Below are positions 38,746 through 49,428 of a DNA stretch of 64,000 nt, piece by piece. Source of the stretch: an uncultured delta proteobacterium (lineage in GTDB: Bacteria; Desulfobacterota; Binatia; JACPRU01); the NCBI GenBank assembly GCA_963745025.1, contig CAVUWD010000018.1, positions 64,858 to 128,857 on the forward strand. The letters are read 5' to 3'. The notes beneath the pieces are model-generated. The model saw nothing but the letters and a program-made list of their open reading frames with translations, searched no databases and was not told where the DNA came from. Position numbers and translations under genes: made by a program. The stretch's first letter is position 1. Every line of letters begins with the position of its first letter.

Positions 38746-40693
38746 TCATGGCGCCTCGAGATCCCCCGGCGCACACGGATTCCGCTCACACCACAAGCGG
38801 ATCAGCTCCGCGTCGCGAATTCTCCTCGCGTCCACGCGGCCGCCGCCCACGATGATCTGGAGCTGCTCCCATCGTGCCCAGTCATAGTCGCGATTCCCCC
38901 GAGGCCCAGGCGTCGTGACGAAGGCGACGGCGACCTTGTCGCGTCCTGGCGGGATGGACAGTGTAATCCGGCCCTGGGGTGTCGTTGGCAGGACATGCTC
39001 CTCAAAGCGCTGGTCTCCATCCGAGAAAACCCGGAATGTCACGCCGTCCGTCTTTTCGACCGGTACCTTGGGGTCGAAGCCCGGGCGGAACGACACCTCC
39101 ACCGGCGCCGCAGGCGGCTTCTCCAGCGTGAAGACCGCACCGCTCGGCGGGTGGGCAAAGAGTGAGTCGCCGTCGATGTGGACGTCCTTCAGGCCGAACT
39201 CGTCCGAAACTGGCGTCGGGGGCGGGAGGTCCCTCAGCCCCATCTTGAAGTACTGCATGCCCCGGCGTGCGATCTCCGACTCGGGCATCACCGAAAACAG
39301 TGAACCACGAGTAGCCGGGGAATAGCTCACTTGCCAGATCGAACTCTGCCAACGGCATGAACCCACTCGGCGCCACCGGAACACTGGATCCTCGATCGTA
39401 GGGTAGGCCATGAGTCACAAAGTAGCTGGGCGAATCGAGCATCTTCCGGCTATTCAGACCGGGCACATCATTGAATGGGCGGCGGGACTCGTAGGCAACC
39501 CACCCGAAGCCCGACGCCACAGCCTCGCTCTGCTCCGCATACTGATCGAGATAGATTCCTGCCAGTCGCCGGTCCGCATCGAACGCCTCCCAAGGCTTCA
39601 CCGGATTGCCTGCTCTTAGATCGCGCCCGGTGGAAAAGTAGAAAATGAGCGCCGCCTGAAAGCAAAACACCGCGAGGAGCGCTAGCGTTACCCCTCGTGC
39701 GAACGCTGCCCGCAGGGACGGGATCCGGAGAGGCGCGAAAACGCCGGCGGCGGATAGGATCAGAAGTGCCGGGAACAGCACCGTGAGATACCAGGGATAG
39801 TTGGCTCCCAAGTCTAACAGGGAGTAGACCATGCCGTGTAACACGAGCCACGCGAGCAGCGTGTAGGCGGCGACCTTCCGGTCGCGATCCCACGCCCGGG
39901 CTGCGACCAGCAGCAAAGGCACGGGCATGAGGTAGAGCAATCGACCCTCCAGCAACTCTAGAATCCAGTATGGGTCGAACCCCTGTGGCTCCCCTCTATG
40001 AATCTTGGCGATCAGCGAGTTCGGGAACACTGATCCGAAGTAGATCTGGGAGAACGAGAACCACGGCAGCGCGACTGCCAGAGAGACAAGGGCAATCTTC
40101 CACGGGAACCGGCGGTGGACCAAGAGCCACGCCCCCGCGACCGCCAGCGCGAGAATTCCCGCATCGAGTTTGGTCCAGATCGCCAAACCCAGCAGCAGCC
40201 CGGCCGGCATCGGTCTGCCCAGTAGCAGACTTACAACGGTGAGCAGTCCGAAGATCACCGACAGGATCGATTCCATCCCGCTGAGGGACTGGTACCGGTA
40301 GAAGCCCTCCGAAGCCAGCGCAAAACCGGCAAGAAACCCTCCCCAGGGGTTTGAGAGCCGGGTCCCCAAGTAAGATGCTAAGACGACTGAAAATACGAAG
40401 AGCAGAGTCCCGAGCGTCCTTGCCACGGTCTCGGTTTGCGGCCCCGTGGAATGGAGTCCCGCCAGGACCAGTGTGTAGAGCGGATTGCTCGCCCCCTGAA
40501 CGTGCTCGTGGTCGTTGTAAGTGAACCCGCGACCTTCCGTGATTCGATCCGCATAGCGGAACGTGATTGCTGCGTCGTCCCCGAGAATGTGCGGCCTCAG
40601 GAGAACGCCAAGAAAGAGCGAATAGGCTATCAACAGGATTGCGAGAGAAATCTGGAGATTCCTCTTGTTCGTTGGAAACGCGAGACCTGTCAT
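38746..40693 (-). CDS. GT-C-like multi-TM glycosyltransferase, frameshift at ~39290
   Basis: DDAAITFRYA, GFTYN, GASNPLY, SGMES; the soluble C-domain continues in another frame. Confidence 0.75.
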
Positions 40694-41086
40694 CGATGCT
40701 TCACTGGCCGAGTGACCTCCGCACGATTTTAAGCGACTCGTCCACGTCGACAGACTATTGAGCGCTGTCTTTGACGGCGCAGTTTTCGCGAAGAGGTCAA
40801 TGCGAAATGTCCTAGTCTACCTTACGCCGGAGGCGGGTACCACGAGTTGCCATCCCGCACGGGGGAAGGGAAGCCGCCGATGGATTTAAATCACCGAAGG
40901 CCACCATGGCTTCGCGAACGACCATGGTAACCGTGTTTTGACCCCTGTTTTCGGTCCCCGTGGCCCGTAGTGATGGTTGGCGGTGCCGCTCCTCTCTTGC
41001 TGTGCCCGTACGGGCGCTTTCGAAAGGTCGTACGGTTGTGTTAGAGTTTAAGCCTCGAAACGGTTTCAGAGGCCGCCCCAACGAGG

Positions 41087-42262
41087 TTGCCATCCGACAG
41101 CGTCAGTCGATACATCGCAATCGCCTCCCGCCATAAGCTGGGTGCTCTTACGTCGCTGCGCTTCGTGGCGGCTGCAGCGATCGTGTTGCACCACTCGCAG
41201 GGCAACTTCGGCTTGCCCAAAAACTTTGCTGGCCCTCTCGTCCTTGATCAGGCGGTTTCCTTCTTCTTTGTGCTGTCCGGCTTCATCCTCACCTACGTAC
41301 ACCCGAGACTCGCCCCTGGGCAGCGAGCACCCTTCCTCTGGGCCCGCCTCGCCCGGGTGTGGCCTGCCCACCTTTCGGCGTTTCTGCTGCTCGTTGGGAT
41401 ATTCGGATTCGCAAGGGGCAATGCGGCGGGACCACTCTCCGCGTCAGTCGTGGCGGCGAACCTCTCGCTACTGCAGGCTTGGATTCCGCTCCGTCGCTTT
41501 TTCTTTTCCTTCAACGGCGTCTCGTGGAGCGTCTCGGTAGAGGCTTTCTTTTATCTGACGTTTCCGTTTCTACTGCATCATTTGGAGCGTACCTGGTTCC
41601 TCAAGCTACCGTTCGCTTTGCTCTGCGCGGTGGGCTTGGTGAACGTCGCCAATGCGTGGCAGCTACCGCTGCTCGACGAAACCTCGCAAGGCCTTACCAT
41701 GGAGGCGCTCGTATACATCAATCCGCTTGCCCGCTGGTTCGAGTTCGTCCTCGGCATGACGGCGGCTCTTGCATGGCGGAGGATCGACATGAGGGTCAGA
41801 TTCGGACCCTGGACGGGCACGATGTTAGAGGTTGCGGGAATCGTCATGGTTGCCGTCATGATGTACGCGACCTCGACGCTGGCGTGGGCTGCCGAACGGC
41901 GACCGTGGATTGGTCCAGCCGGGGCGCTCTGGCTTCTCCACGGTGGATTCAGCGCCCCATGTTTCGCAGTTTTGATCGTCGTGATGGCCCTAGATCGCGG
42001 GCTCGTTTCGCGATGCCTAGGTTTACGGGGGCCCGTGCTCCTCGGTGAGATCAGCTATTCCATCTACCTGATCCATTTCACGTTACTGCGGTGCTACTGG
42101 GACAACCTACCGGCATTCGCGTCGTTTCCCGGTTGGCTCAGCTACGGCGTGTATTGGATGCTGCTTCTTCTGATATCGTACCTCGTCTGGTTACTGATCG
42201 AGCGACCTTGTCGCACCTTGCTCGTCGCGTGGTGGCCGATCCCAGGTGGACGCGACACCTAG
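41087..42262 (+). CDS. Acyltransferase-3 family protein
   Basis: LTSLRFVAA, VSFFFVLSGFIL, RLARVWP, WSVSVEAFFY, GEISYSIYLIH. Confidence 0.92.
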   Translation: MPSDSVSRYIAIASRHKLGALTSLRFVAAAAIVLHHSQGNFGLPKNFAGPLVLDQAVSFFFVLSGFILTYVHPRLAPGQRAPFLWARLARVWPAHLSAFLLLVGIFGFARGNAAGPLSASVVAANLSLLQAWIPLRRFFFSFNGVSWSVSVEAFFYLTFPFLLHHLERTWFLKLPFALLCAVGLVNVANAWQLPLLDETSQGLTMEALVYINPLARWFEFVLGMTAALAWRRIDMRVRFGPWTGTMLEVAGIVMVAVMMYATSTLAWAAERRPWIGPAGALWLLHGGFSAPCFAVLIVVMALDRGLVSRCLGLRGPVLLGEISYSIYLIHFTLLRCYWDNLPAFASFPGWLSYGVYWMLLLLISYLVWLLIERPCRTLLVAWWPIPGGRDT

Positions 42263-42454
42263 AGATCAAGCTCGCCCGTCAAGCCTCTGGCGATGTACGG
42301 TTGTTTTCTATCGTCATCCCGGATCGAGACGAGTTCAGAGTCTGCCGGCTCGACGACACGACACCGCCGCGACCTCTTCCTGAGATTGCTATCCGGCACC
42401 GCTCAACGACAGAACGAATGCGTTCAAGGTATACCGTTGCACGGAGATTGACGC

Positions 42455-44200
42455 GTGTTTACAGCACCTACGACTGAGGGCAACACCTCGCGCAGCCGTC
42501 TGGGACCGACGCTGTTCGCCGCGGCAACGTTGATAGCGCCCCTCCTGATTCTCTGGACGATCCTCAGGCTGGCCGTCAACGTTCCATTCGAGGACGACTG
42601 GGACGTGTTGTGGTTCGACGTCGCTCGCTGGCGCGAAGGTCAGTTTGGTGGCGCCGACTTGTTTGCCTTTCACAACGAGCACCCCGTTGCAGCCGTCCGC
42701 CTCATAGTGCTGGGGCTCGGTGTTTTGACCGATGGCAGCGTCGTTGCCGAATCGCTGGCCGGGTTCGCGCTCGTGGTGCTTACGCTCGCGTGTGTGTGGC
42801 GCATGGCGTCGCTCAGTGCTGGGCGGCATTCTTCGGGACTCGCCTCGGTGCTGGCATTCCTTTCGTCGCTCACGCTCTTTTCCGGGACGCAGTACGGGAT
42901 GTGGCTCTGGGGCTTCGTTGCCGTTCAGTGGTGCCTGATGAACTTCGCTGCTGCCGGGATGGTCTGGGCCTTCACTGAATGGCCAGGTCGCTGGATCGGC
43001 CTGGGACTCGCGGCGCTGTTCGCGACGGTCGGAACCCTGTCTCACGCGGCTGGAGTGACACTGTGGGTCGTCGGTGCTTTGGCCATCCTCCTGGGTGATC
43101 GCTCTGACTGGGCAAGGAGGCGTCTCCGGTTCCTGATCCTCTGGTGTGGCATCACACTTTTCGTGGTACTCATCCTCTGGTGGAGCCTGGACGGGCTCGG
43201 TGGGCAACGCCCGACTCTCTTTTTCTTTCTCGCGCACTTTGTTGACGTCGGCGTCTTTGTTATCACCTGCCTGGGGCTGCCTTGGAGCGGAGGGCCATTC
43301 GATCCTGCGCTGGTTGCGGGAATCGCCATTTTCTGTCTCCCCATTCTCATCGGATGGATTCTCTGGCGCCGCAGAGACTGGCGACGTCTGATCGCTCCGT
43401 GGCTGCTTCTGGGTGTTTACGGACTGCTCTTCGCAGGCACGATTGCGGCGGGGCGTTTCCAGTATGGGCGCGGAGCAGCGTTGGCTGCCCGGTATGCAAC
43501 GGGCACTGCGCTGTTCTGGGTTGGCTTCACCGGAATGGCTACTGTCGCGCTCGCAACACCACGCAATCGCGGACCGTTAGGGTGGAGGCGGTACGTGGCA
43601 GCGGCGCTCCTCCTCGCAGCCGTGGCGGCCTATGGGGCGGGGTACGTCTTCGGATACGGGATCATGTTGCACACAAGCCGGAACCTCGAGTTTGCGTTGG
43701 CGACGCTCTACTCCCCGGCAGGTGCCGATCGTGACGTGATGCTGTTTCTGTATCCTCCCGGAGTTGAAACAGGCAGGGAGCGGGTGGAGGAGCTGATGCG
43801 CCTGCAGCTCGGTCCCTTCTCGCCGGGCATGAGACCCGAGGGACTGCGACTCGCTGCCGCCCTGCGTCCCGCCACCGATGTTCAGAACATAGACGGAGTC
43901 TACCGTGCCGGTGCCTGCGATGTGGGCGTTCAAGGATGGGTCTGGGATACCACTCAACCAGACCGTCCTGTCAGGGTGGATATCTTCGACGGCAACGAGC
44001 GCGTCGACACCGTGACGGCTGGATGGTTCGCGCAGCACCTTGTCATCGCCGGGATGGGCAACGGGCGCCATGTCTTCCGTTATGTGGTGCCCGAAACCCT
44101 CAAGGATGGACGGCCGCACCTGATCACGGTCCGCGTTGCAGGAACGGGAATCGTGCTCAAAGGCACGCCGATAGCGCTCACCTGCAAGAACACAAAGTGA
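42455..44200 (+). CDS. Multi-TM membrane protein (GT-C-like) with C-terminal Ig-like module
   Basis: NVPFEDDW, FAFHNEH, many TM segments; C-terminal GWVWD..GNGRHVF. Confidence 0.75.
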   Translation: MFTAPTTEGNTSRSRLGPTLFAAATLIAPLLILWTILRLAVNVPFEDDWDVLWFDVARWREGQFGGADLFAFHNEHPVAAVRLIVLGLGVLTDGSVVAESLAGFALVVLTLACVWRMASLSAGRHSSGLASVLAFLSSLTLFSGTQYGMWLWGFVAVQWCLMNFAAAGMVWAFTEWPGRWIGLGLAALFATVGTLSHAAGVTLWVVGALAILLGDRSDWARRRLRFLILWCGITLFVVLILWWSLDGLGGQRPTLFFFLAHFVDVGVFVITCLGLPWSGGPFDPALVAGIAIFCLPILIGWILWRRRDWRRLIAPWLLLGVYGLLFAGTIAAGRFQYGRGAALAARYATGTALFWVGFTGMATVALATPRNRGPLGWRRYVAAALLLAAVAAYGAGYVFGYGIMLHTSRNLEFALATLYSPAGADRDVMLFLYPPGVETGRERVEELMRLQLGPFSPGMRPEGLRLAAALRPATDVQNIDGVYRAGACDVGVQGWVWDTTQPDRPVRVDIFDGNERVDTVTAGWFAQHLVIAGMGNGRHVFRYVVPETLKDGRPHLITVRVAGTGIVLKGTPIALTCKNTK

Positions 44201-44529
44201 CCTACGGCGAGCGGACTTCGTCGGCGTGGTTACCCCTACCCAAGACGATGAATACCGCTGGAGATCCGGTCCATCGCGACGCTCTCTCGCGACCAACGTC
44301 ATCCGTCGAGCGGCCCGCGGTTCGCCTCTGGCTGATCGCGATTGTCGTCGTGGGACTTGCGCACAGGCTGGCCGTGTTTTTCGCCTACCTTGAAGACCTG
44401 CGACGCCTCATCGCCGCGAATCCTGATTGGCTCACGGGCTGCTTATGCGAATATGGGCGCAAAGTGTATGATCTTGCGTCCTACCGGAGCCGCGTGGGCA
44501 ACAGGGGTGCCTGCATTCCACACTGCTCG

Positions 44530-45669
44530 ATGGAAATTCAGAATCCGGCTCGCGCGCTTCGACTGCTTATCGCCTTGCTCAGCTTATCGCCGGCGGTTGC
44601 CGTCGACGCCGAGCCCTTACAAGCGGTGGTCCGCTGTAATCCGGACACTGTCATACTGGCCGCGGCTCTCGGCAGCATGCCAACGCTCGAGGATTGTCTT
44701 TCGGCGGGCGTAAGTTTTGACCAGAGAAACGTCCAGGGAGACACACCGCTCCTCGCCGCGGTCGACAAGGATCAGCGGCAGGTTGCTAGGTGGCTTCTCG
44801 AGCACGGCGCGAACCCCAACCTGCCGGACCGCAACGGCAACACCCCGCTGATCGAGGCGGTCCGATTGAATAGGCCGATGCCGTTCGAACTGGCACTGGA
44901 GTTCGGGCGTTTGTTGCATCTTCTGATAAACAAAGGAGCGGACCCGAACCGTCAGAATGCGAGGGGCGAGACCGCGCTCATGTTCGCCGCGCGGATCGAC
45001 AATAGCGACTCGGTCGAGCTCTTGCTCTCGCGTGGGGCCGATCCAAACGTGCGGGCGAATGACGGCCGTACGGTTTTGCTGGAGCTCTGTGAAGCGTTCG
45101 ATCGGGAAGGAAAGGGCCGAATGAAGATGCTCGAGATTTTGTTGAAGGCAGGGGTGGATCCGAACGCAGGAACGACCCCCACCGGCGCGACGCCACTGCT
45201 GAGCGCGCTCGAGCACGGCGACGATTGGGTAGTCTATGGTCTTCTCAAGCACGCTGCGAATGTGAACACGCCTGACAACCTCGGAACCACTCCTCTGCAC
45301 AAGGCGGTACAACAGGGCTCTGATGCGATAATCCGCGCATTGATCGAAAGGGGAGCCGCGGTGAACGCTCGCGACGCCGGCGGTGAGACGCCCATCTTTG
45401 GAGCAACCGCTGGCTGGCAGGTGGCGCTCCTCGCCGCGGCTGGCGCCAATATCGATGCCGCCGACGAGAACGGCACGACCGCGCTAATGCGGGCGGCGGA
45501 GACGGGCAACGAAGAGCTCTTGCGCGCGCTGCTGAAGGCCGGCGCCAAAGTCAACGCAGTCGACAACAAGGGGAGGACCGCTCTGAGGATCGCAAAGGAT
45601 TCGGAGAAGCTCGAGGTGGCCCGTTTACTGCAAGATTCGGGAGGGGTCGTCATGGTGCCTGCGAACTGA
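44530..45669 (+). CDS. Secreted ankyrin-repeat protein
   Basis: Signal-like N-terminus; repeated GxTPLxxA..LLxxGAxxN units. Confidence 0.92.
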   Translation: MEIQNPARALRLLIALLSLSPAVAVDAEPLQAVVRCNPDTVILAAALGSMPTLEDCLSAGVSFDQRNVQGDTPLLAAVDKDQRQVARWLLEHGANPNLPDRNGNTPLIEAVRLNRPMPFELALEFGRLLHLLINKGADPNRQNARGETALMFAARIDNSDSVELLLSRGADPNVRANDGRTVLLELCEAFDREGKGRMKMLEILLKAGVDPNAGTTPTGATPLLSALEHGDDWVVYGLLKHAANVNTPDNLGTTPLHKAVQQGSDAIIRALIERGAAVNARDAGGETPIFGATAGWQVALLAAAGANIDAADENGTTALMRAAETGNEELLRALLKAGAKVNAVDNKGRTALRIAKDSEKLEVARLLQDSGGVVMVPAN

Positions 45670-45930
45670 TGCCATGCGCAGGAAAAGTCTCCAAGGGGCT
45701 TGACCGAGCTGCTCGATCGCTGGACAGCGTATTTCTCGCGTCTCCCGCTACCGCCGTGCAAGACGATGATGATCGTAGCGGTCTCGTGCTCACGCTCGCC
45801 GCAACTTGGAAGTTCCAGACGAGACCGTTGTGGCTCTAGCGTACATCACTTTCGCCGTGCTTCTCTTTCGGACAGCGATCGTCTATTTTAGGTGAGGGCC
45901 ATGTCCGTCTGATTCCTGCCTGCCTCCCGT

Positions 45931-46974
45931 ATGTCCTCGCTGGTCAGCGTCACCCGTATCGCGACTCCGCCCTCGCGGGAGGGTGTGATCGCCGGCGTCG
46001 AGCGCGCGATGGAATCCGCGCGGTGGCGGGAGTTCATTCCGCGCGGTTGCGAAGTTGCGCTCAAACCGAATCTCGGTTGGGATCTGTTCCTACCCGGGGC
46101 GACGACCTCGCCCTGGGCTCTCGAGGGGGTCGTGCGCACCATCCGAGATTGGGTCGGAAGGATCTACGTGGTCGAATCCGACCAGGTCGTCGTCGATGTC
46201 GAGAAGGCCTTTCGGCTGAACCGAGTGGATCGGATCTGTCGCGAGTATGGCTTGACGTGGGTCAACATGACGCGCGAACCGATGCGGATCGTGGCGCTGC
46301 CGAACGGCCGCGTGTTGAAGGAGATCACCGTCCCCGAAATCCTGTTGCGCACGACGCTGGTAACGGTGCCGGTCATGAAGACGCACAACAAGACCGTGAT
46401 CACGGGTGCGATCAAGAACCAGTGGGGCTGCCTGCCGATGTTCCGGCACAACTATCATCTCGTGCTCGACGCGGCTCTGGCGGACATCAATACGGTGGCG
46501 CGACCGCGCTTCGCCATCATGGACGCCACTGTCGGGTTGGAAGGCAACAGTCCGAAGTCCGGAATCCCGAAGGTGGTGAACCGCATTCTCGCCTCTGGGG
46601 ACTTCGTCGCGCTCGATGCTGTAGCGGCCAAGATCATGGGCTTCGATCCGGCGCGAATCGGTCATCTGGCCGAGTGCGTCGCCGCGGGCTTGGGCGCGGC
46701 GAACGTCGAGCAAATCGCGGTCACGGGTGATGACGATTTGTCGCTCGATCTGCACTTCCGTCCCGCCCATCACAACGCGGTCTCCTGGCTCGAGCTCGTG
46801 CTGCGTCGGCGGCCCGTGCTGCGCCGGCTCTTCTTCGACACGCCGCTCTTCGGCCTTTGCTGTCACGCCACCGTGGCGTACTACGCGGCGTGGTACTATT
46901 TGCTCGGCATCGGCCGGCGCCGTCGCGACGCGATCGTCGGTTCCACGACCTACGGCGCACAGTGGCAGCTCTGA
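45931..46974 (+). CDS. DUF362 domain protein
   Basis: VALKPN, TTSP, VPVMKTH, TGAIKNQWG, DFVALDAV. Confidence 0.88.
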   Translation: MSSLVSVTRIATPPSREGVIAGVERAMESARWREFIPRGCEVALKPNLGWDLFLPGATTSPWALEGVVRTIRDWVGRIYVVESDQVVVDVEKAFRLNRVDRICREYGLTWVNMTREPMRIVALPNGRVLKEITVPEILLRTTLVTVPVMKTHNKTVITGAIKNQWGCLPMFRHNYHLVLDAALADINTVARPRFAIMDATVGLEGNSPKSGIPKVVNRILASGDFVALDAVAAKIMGFDPARIGHLAECVAAGLGAANVEQIAVTGDDDLSLDLHFRPAHHNAVSWLELVLRRRPVLRRLFFDTPLFGLCCHATVAYYAAWYYLLGIGRRRRDAIVGSTTYGAQWQL

Positions 46975-47030
46975 CGATGAGCCTTCTTCAGGCGCTTCGG
47001 TGCCCGCGCCCACTCGGGCGTCTCTAATCG

Positions 47031-48339
47031 ATGCGCGTTGGCATCATCGGAGGCGGTGTCGCCGGACTCGGTAGCGCTTACTTCATCGCGCAGCGTGGAC
47101 ATCAGGTCGAGGTTTTCGAGCAAGCGGCGGCGCTCGGCGGGCTCGCCGGCTGCTTCGACTTCGACGGTATGCAGGTCGAGAAATACTACCACTTCGTCTG
47201 TCGCGATGACGCCGATTTGATCGCGATGCTCGACCGGCTCGGCCTGCAGGACGAGCTCGAGTGGCGGCCGGGCCGGATGAAGTTCTTCTATCGCGGCCGC
47301 CTCTATCCGTTCGGCACTCCTTGGGACCTCGTCCGTTTTCGGCCGCTTTCCTTGCCGGAGCGGCTGCGCTTCGGCTTGAACGTGTTGCTGTCGCGCTCGG
47401 CCGCGTCGTGGGAGCAATGCGAGGCGGTGACCGCGCGGGATTGGCTGATCGGGCAAATCGGCGAGCACGCGTACACGGTCGTTTGGGAGCCGCTGCTGCG
47501 CATCAAGTTCGGCCCCTACTACGATCAGATCTCGGCCTCGTGGATCTGGCATCGCATCCACCGGCTCGTGCGCTCTCGCGCGCACCCGCTCGCACGCGAG
47601 CGACTCGGCTTCCTGAAGCGCGGCACACCTGCGCTTCTGGACGCGCTCATCGCCGCGCTTGCGCGGGTTGGGCGTGGCATTGCACACCTCGGTCGGCGTC
47701 GATGCGATCACGATCGATGCACACGGAGTCACCGGCGTGACGATCGCTGGCGAGCATCGTCCATTCGACGTGGTCGTCTCCACCGCTCCGTTGCCCGTGC
47801 TCGGGCGCTTGCTGCCATCGGCCGCCGTCGCGCGGATTGGCAGGATTACCGGCATTCGAGTACATCGCCGTCGCGTGCCTGATCCTGAAGCTCCGCCGGC
47901 CGCGTGACCGACGCTTTCTGGATCAACGTCAACGATCCGCGGGTACCGTTCAACGGCTTCATCGAGTACACGAATCTCAATCCACGTGAGGACGCCGCGC
48001 AGCCGCACCTGCTCTACGTTCCATTCTATCTGCCGCCGGACGATGCGCGCTTCGCCCAACCGGACGCGGAGCTGTTTCGCGAATGCCTCGCGGGCCTGCA
48101 GGTCGTGCGCCCCGAACTAACGCGCCGATTGGGTGCTCGGCTACCGCGTGTTCCGCGACCGCTTCGCCCAGGCCATCTGCACGACCAACTTCGCCGAGCG
48201 CATTCCGCCGATTCGGTCGAACGTTCCGGGATTGCTGATGACGGACTCCACGCAGCTCTATCCCTCCGATCGGACCATCAGCGGCATGTTCGGACAAGCC
48301 CGCAAGGTGGCAGATCTCGTGGAGTCGGCGCGATCGTGA
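47031..48339 (+). pseudogene. FAD-dependent oxidoreductase (protoporphyrinogen/amine oxidase-like), four apparent +1 frameshifts
   Basis: IIGGGVAGL, GGLA, EKYYH, WINVND..EYTN, YPSDRTISG; shifts at ~47667, 47857, 47903 and 48124. Confidence 0.8.
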
Positions 48340-48414
48340 GCCACAGCCTCCGCGCTCGGAACCTCACGTCCGCGACAGCCGGTCGTGCCTGGGAACGTGC
48401 GCGGTGAGAAAAGC

Positions 48415-49077
48415 ATGGCTATAGAGCCCGAGGAGCTCTACCGGCAGCGATTCGCCGAGGTCAGCCATCGCACGCGTGCGGCGATGTGGGAGGTGCTCTG
48501 CCGCGTCGTGCTGCAGCGCTACGTCGGAGCGCAGGACGTGGTCGTCGATCTCGGCGCCGGCCTCTGCGAGTTCATCAATGCGATTCAGTGCCGTAGCAAG
48601 ATCGCCGTCGATCCCAATCCCGCACTTCGGGAGCACGCCAAAGCGGACGTCCGCGTGATCGTGGGCGACATCCCAGAGGCTCTGCGAGCTCTCGCGCCGG
48701 CGAGTGTGAACGTCGTTTTCTGCAGCAATTTCTTCGAACACCTTCACGACAAGGATGCCGTGGTCGCGGTGCTCCAGGAGATCCATCGCCTACTGGTCGC
48801 GGGCGGCCGGTTAATCGTCATCCAGCCAAACATCCGTTACGCGTACAAAGAGTACTGGGACTTTTTTGACCACCACGTGGCGCTGAGCCACAGCAGCCTG
48901 AGCGAGGCATTGCGACTCACGGGCTTCACGATCGACGAGCTCCGGCCGCGATTCCTGCCGTACACCACGAAGAGCAGACTGCCACAAGCCGCCTGGCTCG
49001 TGCGCCTGTACCTCGCGCTGCCGCCCGCGCAGTGGCTCTTCGGCAAGCAGATGCTCGCCGTGGCGCACAAATCGTAG
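48415..49077 (+). CDS. Class I SAM methyltransferase
   Basis: VDLGAGLCEFIN, SNFFEHL, QPNIRY, YWDFFDH. Confidence 0.9.
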   Translation: MAIEPEELYRQRFAEVSHRTRAAMWEVLCRVVLQRYVGAQDVVVDLGAGLCEFINAIQCRSKIAVDPNPALREHAKADVRVIVGDIPEALRALAPASVNVVFCSNFFEHLHDKDAVVAVLQEIHRLLVAGGRLIVIQPNIRYAYKEYWDFFDHHVALSHSSLSEALRLTGFTIDELRPRFLPYTTKSRLPQAAWLVRLYLALPPAQWLFGKQMLAVAHKS

Positions 49078-49428
49078 GCCGGGTCCCGCATGTGGTCGCA
49101 ATGTTGCATCGGCCCCGATCCTGGCGCCGTGAGGATGTGCGCGAAGGCCCGGGATCCGCGTTCCTCGCCCGGCTGATCGCGTCTCGACGACCGCGAGCTC
49201 GCGTTGAATATGGTCCGTATCGGACGCGCTACCCAACCGGCTTGCAGTTGAATCGGATCGGCTTGCGTCGTGGGTAGGATATCCGAGTCGGTCGTGCTGG
49301 TCACCGATGGATAAGCCACAGTATCGAATGGAGGCGCTGGCGAGTTGAACACCAGCAGACGACGAAGAGCAGAGGTTGCGGAGGGGTGCGCCTAGTTGTT
49401 GACCGACTCTGGCGGCAAGTCGCCTCCG

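Noticed and set aside
49080-49420. Short ORF-like fragments between the convergent methyltransferase and GT2 genes
   Set aside because: No recognisable motif or credible start
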